DNA of 64,000 nucleotides, taken from the NCBI GenBank assembly GCA_965116885.1, contig OZ220741.1, positions 5,472,001 to 5,536,000 of the forward strand, in the 5' to 3' direction. Origin of the DNA: Candidatus Latescibacterota bacterium. GTDB taxonomy: Bacteria; Latescibacterota; UBA2968. The notes below the pieces were generated by a model. It made no database searches. It saw only the letters and a list, made by a program, of their open reading frames with translations, and was not told the DNA's origin. Shown here piece after piece: positions 40,669-48,680 of the stretch; position 1 is the stretch's first letter; each line of letters begins with the position of its first letter. A program made the translations under genes and the position numbers.

Positions 40669-41805
40669 ATGTGGAACCGTATGATCTTAACCATTTGTCT
40701 GGTATTCGTGTTGCCAGGTCTGGCATTGACTGGCGACATGACCCACGTCCCGGACAGGGACTTCGATAAGCTACGTGCCGCAGGAAACAGAAACCCCACA
40801 GGGGTCTGGTCAAACGGAACGACCATGTGGGTGGCGGACAGGCGCGCTAAAATTTATGCCTACAACATGAGGACCAGAGCTCGTGACCGAGGCAGGGAAT
40901 TCAATACGTTAGCCACTGAAAACGAATCTCCTGCAGGAATCTGGTCAGACGGCACGACTATGTGGGTAGTGGACCTTGCTGACGGTAGGATTTTTGCCTA
41001 CAGCATGAGATCTAAAGCCCATGATCCGGACAAGAGCTTCTATCTCGCCGTAGAACACGACGTCCCTGAAGGAATCTGGTCGGATGGGACAACCATGTGG
41101 GTGAAGGAAAGCTCTTACCAATTCGATAAAATTTATGCCTACAACATGAGGTCTAAAGCCCGTGATCCGAACAAGGACTTCAATACGCTAAAAGCCGCCG
41201 GAGAGCAAAGCACTGACGGAATTTGGTCAGACGGAACGACCATGTTGGTAGCAGACGGATATCGGCATAAAATTTACGCCTACAACATGAGATCTAAAGC
41301 CCGTGACCGGGGCAAGGAATTCGATCTCGCCGCAGGAAACACCTCCCCTACGGGTATCTGGTCGGACGGAACGACTATATGGGTAGCGGACTACGACAGG
41401 GGCCACATTTATGCCTACGGCGGCCTGGGCACCACCAGTGATCAGGCCATCCAGGACTTTTCAATGAAAATCAGAGGCTCGACGGGAACCCTGAAGGTTT
41501 GCGTGCGTGACCACGAGTGCGAAGACGGCGATAAGATCAGGGTTGATATAGATGGCAGGAGCATATTTTCCGGAGAAATTGACAACGACTGGGACTGCTA
41601 CAATCTGACGGTCTGGTCAGGCGAGAGCTATGCAGTGGAATTGACAGCGCTCAACGGGACGGGATACAAGGGGGACCACTGTAGCCACAGAGACGTTAAC
41701 ACGGGCGAGATCCGCGTTACTGGAGAGAACACAAAAACGCAGGTCTGGCGTCATCGCGGAGGTGCCGGGTCGAAAGCGCGTATCATCGTGGAAACAGCGA
41801 GGTGA
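40669..41805 (+). CDS. secreted protein with five ~46-aa GIWSDGTTMWV repeats (beta-propeller-like) and a Cys-containing C-terminal domain
   Basis: Signal peptide; AAGGAGG RBS; five repeats of P.GIWSDGTTMWV.D....IYAY.M. Confidence 0.85.
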   Translation: MWNRMILTICLVFVLPGLALTGDMTHVPDRDFDKLRAAGNRNPTGVWSNGTTMWVADRRAKIYAYNMRTRARDRGREFNTLATENESPAGIWSDGTTMWVVDLADGRIFAYSMRSKAHDPDKSFYLAVEHDVPEGIWSDGTTMWVKESSYQFDKIYAYNMRSKARDPNKDFNTLKAAGEQSTDGIWSDGTTMLVADGYRHKIYAYNMRSKARDRGKEFDLAAGNTSPTGIWSDGTTIWVADYDRGHIYAYGGLGTTSDQAIQDFSMKIRGSTGTLKVCVRDHECEDGDKIRVDIDGRSIFSGEIDNDWDCYNLTVWSGESYAVELTALNGTGYKGDHCSHRDVNTGEIRVTGENTKTQVWRHRGGAGSKARIIVETAR

Positions 41806-41851
41806 GATCATCCAAATGTTGTTCAAAAATATTAATGAAAGGATACACAAG

Positions 41852-42670
41852 ATGTATCGTCACTGTATTTGTGCAGGTGTATTAATTCTTCTGAGCCTTC
41901 CCCTTTGGTCACAACAGGACACCGAGGATAGTGCGCCTTCACCTAATGAGACGTTTCAAGATTGCGACGAATGTCCAAAGATGGTGGTGATCCCATCGGG
42001 CAGGTTCACGATGGGATCATCCAGGGGGGAGGCGGGACATAAAGATAATGAAGAACCGTTGCATAGGGTGCGTATAGATTACCAATTTGCCGTAGGCGTA
42101 TATGAGGTGACATTTGCCGAATGGTATGCCTGTGTGGATGCAGGTGGTTGTGGAAACTATATTCCGGATGATTGGCACTGGGGCCGCGGGAATCGCCCTG
42201 TGATGAATGTGAGTTGGGAAGATGCCCAGTCTTATGTGCGTTGGCTGTCTGTCCGGACGGGTAAATCATACCGTTTATTGAGTGAAGCGGAATGGGAGTA
42301 TGTGGCGCGTGCAGGGACAGAGACAGCGTATAGCTGGGGAGACAGCATAGGTGTCAACCGTGCCAATTGCTTGGGTTGCGGCGATCAATGGGATAAGACC
42401 GCGCCTGTGGGATCTTTCGCAGCCAATGCTTGGGGTGTTCACGATATGCACGGCAATGTGCAGGAGTGGGTACAGGACTGTTGGAATGACAGTTATGAGG
42501 GCGCACCTACAGACGGTTCTGCGCGGGAGGAGGAGGAGTGCAATGATCGCGTTGTCCGTGGTGGTCCGTGGTACTATACTCCGAAGTACGTGCGTTCTGC
42601 GTCTCGCAGCTCGGACTTCTCCGACTACCGGTTCCGCGGCCTCGGCTTTCGAGTTGCCCGGGATTTTTGA
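41852..42670 (+). CDS. secreted FGE-sulfatase (CLec-fold) domain protein 3
   Basis: Signal peptide identical to protein 1 (MYRHCICAGVLILLSLPLWSQQ); FGE motifs. Confidence 0.9.
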   Translation: MYRHCICAGVLILLSLPLWSQQDTEDSAPSPNETFQDCDECPKMVVIPSGRFTMGSSRGEAGHKDNEEPLHRVRIDYQFAVGVYEVTFAEWYACVDAGGCGNYIPDDWHWGRGNRPVMNVSWEDAQSYVRWLSVRTGKSYRLLSEAEWEYVARAGTETAYSWGDSIGVNRANCLGCGDQWDKTAPVGSFAANAWGVHDMHGNVQEWVQDCWNDSYEGAPTDGSAREEEECNDRVVRGGPWYYTPKYVRSASRSSDFSDYRFRGLGFRVARDF

Positions 42671-43053
42671 ACCTTTGGGTTCACCTCTTTGCCCTTTTGT
42701 AGGGGATAGGAGAGGTTGGTTTTACGATTTTTTTAAGCAACCACGGATGAATACCGATAAACACGAATGAAAGGCAAAAAGCCGAAAGCAACCACAGCAT
42801 AGGCAGGCAACACAACAGAGTGTCTAAAATCCCTAAAATTCGATAAGCAGCATCAATCACAGGGATTGACCCCAAGCCCTAAACTCTCCACCGAAGCGGG
42901 GTAACTCCAGCACAATAAAAACCCTGCAAGATAGCGTAAGCGCCCTGCAAGATTCGGTGAACAAACATCCAGATAGACACCTTCACATTATAGCGGCGAA
43001 ACTTGATACCTTGAGAGACCTTTACAAAGTGACCAAGGAATAGGAGAAACACC

Positions 43054-43890
43054 ATGCGACAAGTGCTTATTGCCTTCTTTATTCCGGCCTTATTGGGACT
43101 TTTCGCGGTTGCATCTGCCCAACTGCCGCACACCGGGGATAGTGCGCCTTCACCTAATGAGACTTTTCAAGACTGTGATGAATGCCCAAAGATGATTGTC
43201 GTGCCGTCAGGATCGTTCACGATGGGGTCACGCGCGCGTGAGAGGGGTCCTGCTAATGAAAGGCCGAGGCATAGGGTTCGTATAGATTACCAGTTTGCAG
43301 TGGGTGTATATGAGGTGACATTTGACGAATGGTATGCTTGTCTGGATGCAGGAGGTTGTGGAAACTATCTTCCGGATATTCCAGATGATAGCTGGGACCG
43401 CGGGAATCGTCCTGTGATCAATGTGAACTGGGAAGATGCCCAGTCTTATGTTCGTTGGTTGTCAGCCCGGACGGGTAAAACGTATCGTTTATTGAGTGAA
43501 GCGGAATGGGAGTATGTGGCACGGGCAGGTACAGAGACGGCGTATAGCTGGGGGGACAGTATCGGTGTCAACCGTGCCAATTGCTCTGGTTGCGGCAGTC
43601 AGTGGGATGGTAAGATGACAGCACCAGTGGGATCATTCGCGGCGAATGCCTGGGGCGTTTACGATATGCACGGGAATGTGTGGGAATGGGTTCAAGATTG
43701 CTGGAATGATAGCTATGTGGGCGCACCTTCAGACAGTTCTGCATGGGAGTCTGGGGATTGCTCTGAGCATGTGATACGTGGTGGTTCGTGGGGCGAAGTA
43801 CCGAGAAACCTGCGTTCTGCGTATCGCTACGGGATGAACACCGAGTACCGGTTCAGATTCCTCTGTTTTCGAGTTGTCCGGGATCTTTAA
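43054..43890 (+). CDS. secreted FGE-sulfatase (CLec-fold) domain protein 4
   Basis: AGGAG RBS, signal peptide, FGE motifs. Confidence 0.9.
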   Translation: MRQVLIAFFIPALLGLFAVASAQLPHTGDSAPSPNETFQDCDECPKMIVVPSGSFTMGSRARERGPANERPRHRVRIDYQFAVGVYEVTFDEWYACLDAGGCGNYLPDIPDDSWDRGNRPVINVNWEDAQSYVRWLSARTGKTYRLLSEAEWEYVARAGTETAYSWGDSIGVNRANCSGCGSQWDGKMTAPVGSFAANAWGVYDMHGNVWEWVQDCWNDSYVGAPSDSSAWESGDCSEHVIRGGSWGEVPRNLRSAYRYGMNTEYRFRFLCFRVVRDL

Positions 43891-43968
43891 CTCCTCTCAT
43901 CTAACAGGTGCCCAAATGCTTCAAGACTGGACACCTGTATCGCCGCGCGGTGCAACTGCTTGAGGCGT
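43891..43968 (-). pseudogene. third, short copy of the Rpn-like tail
   Basis: Encodes RLKQLHRAAIQVSSLEAFGHLLDE; matches 31714-31791 and 44177-44249. Confidence 0.7.
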
Positions 43969-43998
43969 GAGATAGGGGCATTTCAGGCATCAAAAGTT

Positions 43999-44120
43999 AT
44001 AGACATAATCCTACAGTTGTCTATATCAATAATTCCGCAATTGTCAGTTTCAATAGAGACAATTTCCTACAATTGTCATTCTCAATAGCGACAACTTTCC
44101 GCAATTGTCTATCTCGATAG
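43999..44120. repeat. degenerate tandem array of ~4 palindromic units (period 24-32 bp)
   Basis: Core GACAA-N10-TTGTC, e.g. GACAATT-TCCTAC-AATTGTC, each followed by a short spacer and (C/G)ATA or AATA. Confidence 0.65.
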
Positions 44121-44172
44121 GTGTTTTATCAAGAACACTTCCAACACCGCTCTTTTATCTTAGGAGATCGCG

Positions 44173-44721
44173 TCACTCATCTAAGAGATGCCCAAATGCT
44201 TCAAGGCTGGACACCTGAATCGCCGCGCGGTGCAATTGCTTGAGACGTTGCAGATCGTCGATAGCGGCAATGCGAGCAGATAGGGGATCTGTCTTGAGGA
44301 GATCAAATCGAATCTCCAGCACGTCGAGAATACTTTCCCGGAGTCCTTGCTCTATGCCTTGCTCTATGCCTTGTTCAATTCCTTTTCTTTTCCCATCCTG
44401 GAAGCGTTTTTCAAGATATCTTTCAGTCTCAGCACGGATTTTTTGAACTGGGACGATCATGAGATTTACCCCCTCTATAATGAAGAATGCTAAAGTGATA
44501 GCAGAGAGACCTATGGATCCTATAATACTGATTACCGTAATAATTGCATCGTAATCAGGTTCAGTAATTTTGTACCAATTGTACCAAAGAACCAGTGCCA
44601 GAGAAGAGACAAAGAACAGTGCTGCTAAAGCTATCAGCCATGTTCTTTCTGTATCTCCGGTGCTCCAAATCGACACCCTTTCTTCTTCCGTTTTCTCCGC
44701 CATTCTGTTGTGCCTTTTCAC
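44173..44721 (-). CDS. membrane protein (2 TM) with EQG repeats and an Rpn/YhgA-like C-terminal tail
   Basis: Two hydrophobic segments; GIEQGIEQGIEQGLRESILDVLEIRF...IDDLQRLKQLHRAAIQVSSLEAF. Confidence 0.7.
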   Translation of the reverse strand: MKRHNRMAEKTEEERVSIWSTGDTERTWLIALAALFFVSSLALVLWYNWYKITEPDYDAIITVISIIGSIGLSAITLAFFIIEGVNLMIVPVQKIRAETERYLEKRFQDGKRKGIEQGIEQGIEQGLRESILDVLEIRFDLLKTDPLSARIAAIDDLQRLKQLHRAAIQVSSLEAFGHLLDE

Positions 44722-45207
44722 TTCTCTAATATAAGTATAGAGAAAATAGATTTCTAATGCAATTTCGGCCTGGGTATGGTTTCAATGTCTGCCATAAGAG
44801 ATGCCTCAGGTCTGAGAGTTGGTTGTACTCTGGACGAACGCAACAGTCAGAACTCAAGCAAATATCAGGCCAAAAATGCAAACATCACAAAATTGCACGA
44901 TAAAAAGGCTCAAAAGAAGTTCGGGCACCTCTTATTATGCTGTATTGTGCAGTTGTTCACAATTTGAATTAAGAATCACTTGTGAAATCGGAGATGGTGG
45001 AGAACAAGCGTTGGCGGCAAAAGTGTATATTTTGAGCAATAAATGAGCGGTATGGTGAAAGAAATGTACTTCTCCTCCAGACCAATCTCGTGCAGCAAAT
45101 CCAACTTTTTTTATCGCAAAGTTCTTGTGTACTCAACAACAGTGTTTTATAATGTGCTTCATCAAACAAGACCCCAATCTAATCACACAAAAACAAAAGA
45201 GGCCGCG

Positions 45208-46452
45208 ATGAACAACACCGCCACAATACACACCCGTGCCTGGGCGGGTGATGAAGCCCTCACCCTCACCTTTCCCGAAGGCTGGACAGTCGAAACCTTT
45301 GGACCAGAGGAATGCCCCCAAGTCACCGCAGACCAGATCCAAACCGCCTTTGACAACCCCATCGGCACACCGCGGATAGCGGAACTCGCCAAAGGGAAAA
45401 ACAGTGCCGCAATCATCGTAGATGACCTGAGCCGTCCCACACCCGCAGCCGAACTCATCCCCTATGTCCTCAAAGAACTCGACGACGCCGGCATACCCAA
45501 AAATCAAATCCGCTTTGTCGTAGGTGGAGGCTCTCACCGCCCAATCGACGCGGAAGAAATCGACAAAAAAGTAGGCGCTGATATTGCCCGCGCCTATCAA
45601 GTCACGAATCACTATTTCATGAGCGGCGACCTGCGCGCCCTGGGCAGCCTGGACAGCGGCCTCCCCATTTACATCGACAGAGTTGTCGCAGATGCCGACC
45701 TCAAGCTCTGCGTAGGCGGCATCTACCCTCACGGCAACGTGGGATTTGGCGGCGGCGCCAAACTCATCTTGCCAGGCGTCTCGGGCTTTGCCACCATGTT
45801 CTACTTCCACACCTTTTACGCAAATCGAGGACACGCCAATATTGAACGACAGGGCGACGAACCCGACCATCGAGACGCCGCCGAAGCAGTCGCAAAAGTC
45901 CTGGGCCTCGATGCCGTCGTCAACGTGACACTCAACCGCAAACGCCAGATCAGCGGTGTCTTTGTGGGCGACTTCATCCAGGCGCAGCGCACAGGCGCCC
46001 GATTCGCTCTCAAAACCTACGCAACCCAGGCACCAGAAACAGAGCCTGACCTCATCATTGCCAACTGCTATCCGCTCGACTACGACCCCATTCAAACCGG
46101 CAAAGCACTCTGGCCGCTTCGACTGTTCAAAAACGCGTACAAAGTCGCCATCAATCCCGCCACCGATGGCATCTGTCACCACGGACTATACGACGAAATA
46201 GACTACGCGCGGTTTTGCAAACTAAAAGCCGAACAACCTGACCAAGAACTTCCCGATCCCAAAATCGAAGGCCCGCACCAGACCCTGATGTGGTCTGAAA
46301 ACTTTCCGGTTGACGAATTTTACAAACGCAATCCTGACGGTGTCCTCTTCCGCGATTGGGACACACTCCGCAACCAACTCATCGAAAAATTGCCCGATAA
46401 TGCCCGCGTCGCCGTATTTCCCAATGCAGCCATCCAAGTTTCTGCAAAATAA
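45208..46452 (+). CDS. LarA-like (DUF2088) nickel-pincer racemase/epimerase family protein
   Basis: NPIGTPRI, IIVDDLSRPTP, GGSHRP, PHGNVGFGGGAKLILPGV; start at 45208 with GAGG RBS. Confidence 0.85.
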   Translation: MNNTATIHTRAWAGDEALTLTFPEGWTVETFGPEECPQVTADQIQTAFDNPIGTPRIAELAKGKNSAAIIVDDLSRPTPAAELIPYVLKELDDAGIPKNQIRFVVGGGSHRPIDAEEIDKKVGADIARAYQVTNHYFMSGDLRALGSLDSGLPIYIDRVVADADLKLCVGGIYPHGNVGFGGGAKLILPGVSGFATMFYFHTFYANRGHANIERQGDEPDHRDAAEAVAKVLGLDAVVNVTLNRKRQISGVFVGDFIQAQRTGARFALKTYATQAPETEPDLIIANCYPLDYDPIQTGKALWPLRLFKNAYKVAINPATDGICHHGLYDEIDYARFCKLKAEQPDQELPDPKIEGPHQTLMWSENFPVDEFYKRNPDGVLFRDWDTLRNQLIEKLPDNARVAVFPNAAIQVSAK

Positions 46453-46618
46453 TGGCCTGAAAAAGCGGAATTTTACTTTCACTCACGCGCCTATCATGCT
46501 ATATTGGGCGCCGATGCAATTATGAAAAAAATCACGCAAGAGAACGGGGTGCGGTAGGGACTGGGGGAGATCCTTGCCAATCCCTTGTTCTCTTGCGTTA
46601 TTATATTTGGAGGACGCC

Positions 46619-47419
46619 ATGTTGACACAAGAACAAATCGACTTCTACCACGAAAATGGGTACCTCAAATGCGAAGCCCTCTTTACCCCTGAAGAAACCG
46701 CCGAACTCGGCTCGGAAATGGTGCGCATCATCGAAAACTGGGGCAATGAGACCATCGGCTGGCGGGGCCCCTGGCGCGATCGATACCTGCCCGAAGACGA
46801 ACGCCTCAACACCAAAGCCGTCTTCATGCACAATCCCCAATTCTACTCCGCAACCTGGGGACGCGCCATCTTTAACGACCGACTCGTCGGCTGTGTGGAA
46901 GACCTGATCCGCGACACCGTTCAATGGCACCACACCGTACTCCATGCCAAACCGCCAGAACTCGGCACGCCTTTTCCCATGCACCAGGACTATCCCTTTT
47001 ATCCGCACGACGGCCCCGACTTTGTCGATTGCTTGCTACACCTGGACGACACCCCAATAGAAAGCGGGTGCTTGCGCGTGGTACCCGGCAGCCACAAAAA
47101 GGGTCCGCTCGTCCACGTCCTGGGGCCAGACACCTCTCCTCATCTGCCGCCAGACGAATACCACCCCGACAAAATCGACTCCATCCTGATCCCGGCAAAA
47201 GCAGGAGACGTCATCTTCTTTAGCTATCAGATCATTCACTGGTCCGACTGCAACCGCACCGACGAATGGCGAAAATCCGTGCGCTTCGGCTACCACAGCA
47301 CCCAAATGCAACCCGTGGGCCGCGCAGAAGACGACCCCTACCGCATCGACCCCAACAACATCCTGGAACGCAAAGACAGCACCATTGTATCCGGCTTTAG
47401 AATGAACGAAGCGAATTAA
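46619..47419 (+). CDS. phytanoyl-CoA dioxygenase (PhyH) family protein
   Basis: MLTQEQIDFYHENGY, HQD, GCLRVVPGSH, H.S..N...R. Confidence 0.9.
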   Translation: MLTQEQIDFYHENGYLKCEALFTPEETAELGSEMVRIIENWGNETIGWRGPWRDRYLPEDERLNTKAVFMHNPQFYSATWGRAIFNDRLVGCVEDLIRDTVQWHHTVLHAKPPELGTPFPMHQDYPFYPHDGPDFVDCLLHLDDTPIESGCLRVVPGSHKKGPLVHVLGPDTSPHLPPDEYHPDKIDSILIPAKAGDVIFFSYQIIHWSDCNRTDEWRKSVRFGYHSTQMQPVGRAEDDPYRIDPNNILERKDSTIVSGFRMNEAN

Positions 47420-47423
47420 CCGT

Positions 47424-48668
47424 ATGAACAAACCCAACATCATCATCGTACTCGCCGACGACATGGGCTATGGCGATTCCAGTGCGTACGGGGGCTGGAT
47501 CGACACGCCCGCAATGGAACAAATGGCCCGCGAAGGGCTTAAATTCACCGACTTCCACGCCAGCGGTGCGGTTTGCAGCCCCACGCGCGCCGGACTCCTC
47601 ACCGGACGCTATCAACAGCGCGCAGGCGTACCCAAAGTAATCGGTGCCAATCCCCAAAGTGCCGACCACTATGTGGGATTGTACCCCTCTGAAATCACCT
47701 TTCCCAAACTGCTCAAAAAAGCGGGCTACACCTCTGCCATCTTTGGCAAATGGCACCTCGGATACGACAAAAAATTCAATCCCCTGCACCACGACTTTGA
47801 TCGCTTTCGCGGATATGTAAGCGGCAACATCGACTACATCTCGCACTACGACCGCATGGAAACTTACGACTGGTGGGAGGGCCTCGAACACATCGAAGAA
47901 GAAGGCTATACCACACACCTCATCACCCAGCATTCCGTACAATTCATCAAAGACCATAAAGACACGCCCTTTTGCCTCTACGTCGCACACGAAGCCGTAC
48001 ACACCCCATTGCAGGGACCTGACGACCCCGCCATTCGCGGTCCAGAAAAAGCGGCCTTTCATCCCGACGACCCCCGGGAAACCTATTGCCAGATGATGAA
48101 AGCCATGGACGACAGCCTGGCCGAAATCATGGGCACAGTGCGGGAACTCGGAATTGAAGAAAACACCCTCGTCTTCTTCTTTTCCGACAACGGCGGCACC
48201 CGTCAAAATCCCGAATCCAACGCCCCATTGCGCGGGAACAAAGGCACCGTATGGGAAGGCGGCCACCGCGTCCCCGCCATTGCCTGGTGGCCCGGAACAA
48301 TAGCCCCCCACAGCGTCACCGACCAACTCGCCATCAGCATCGACCTCTTTCCCACCATGTGCGACCTCGCAGGGGCACCTGCGCCCGACAATCACTTTGA
48401 CGGCATCAGCCTCAAATCCACCTTCCTGGGCGAAAATGAACCCGGTGCCCGACAACTATTCTGGAATGGCCTTGCCATGCGCGACGACAAGTACAAGCTC
48501 GTAATCGACAAAGGCACGCCACATCTCTTCGATCTATCCCGTGACATATCGGAAAGCAACGACCTCGCATCGCAACAACCCGACCGCGTCCGGCAAATGT
48601 GCCATGCAATCGATGCCTGGAAACGCGACGTAGCCGACGGCGCAACACCGCAAAAAGATACATTCTGA
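47424..48668 (+). CDS. Cys-type sulfatase (S1 family), no signal peptide
   Basis: PNIIIVLADDMGYGD, CSPTRAGLLTGR, GKWHLG, SDNGG, WEGGHRVP. Confidence 0.93.
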   Translation: MNKPNIIIVLADDMGYGDSSAYGGWIDTPAMEQMAREGLKFTDFHASGAVCSPTRAGLLTGRYQQRAGVPKVIGANPQSADHYVGLYPSEITFPKLLKKAGYTSAIFGKWHLGYDKKFNPLHHDFDRFRGYVSGNIDYISHYDRMETYDWWEGLEHIEEEGYTTHLITQHSVQFIKDHKDTPFCLYVAHEAVHTPLQGPDDPAIRGPEKAAFHPDDPRETYCQMMKAMDDSLAEIMGTVRELGIEENTLVFFFSDNGGTRQNPESNAPLRGNKGTVWEGGHRVPAIAWWPGTIAPHSVTDQLAISIDLFPTMCDLAGAPAPDNHFDGISLKSTFLGENEPGARQLFWNGLAMRDDKYKLVIDKGTPHLFDLSRDISESNDLASQQPDRVRQMCHAIDAWKRDVADGATPQKDTF

Positions 48669-48680
48669 TAGAGGAAATTT

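Noticed and set aside
42767..43043. Small gene between FGE3 and FGE4 (..TLQDSVSALQDSVNK..)
   Set aside because: Frames are broken by stops and have no clear start; at most a decayed remnant.
30015..43890. FGE-domain proteins as true formylglycine-generating enzymes for the nearby sulfatase
   Set aside because: They lack the catalytic Cys pair after RGGS, that segment is hypervariable, and they are secreted while the sulfatase has no signal peptide.
43999..44120. CRISPR array
   Set aside because: Units abut with no unique spacers, are degenerate, and no cas genes are present.
29262..45073. A complete DGR cassette (RT, avd, TR) in the window
   Set aside because: No ORF with RT motifs (YxDD) and no AAC-rich non-coding copy of the variable region was found; the spacers at 42671-43053 and 44722-45200 do not resemble it.
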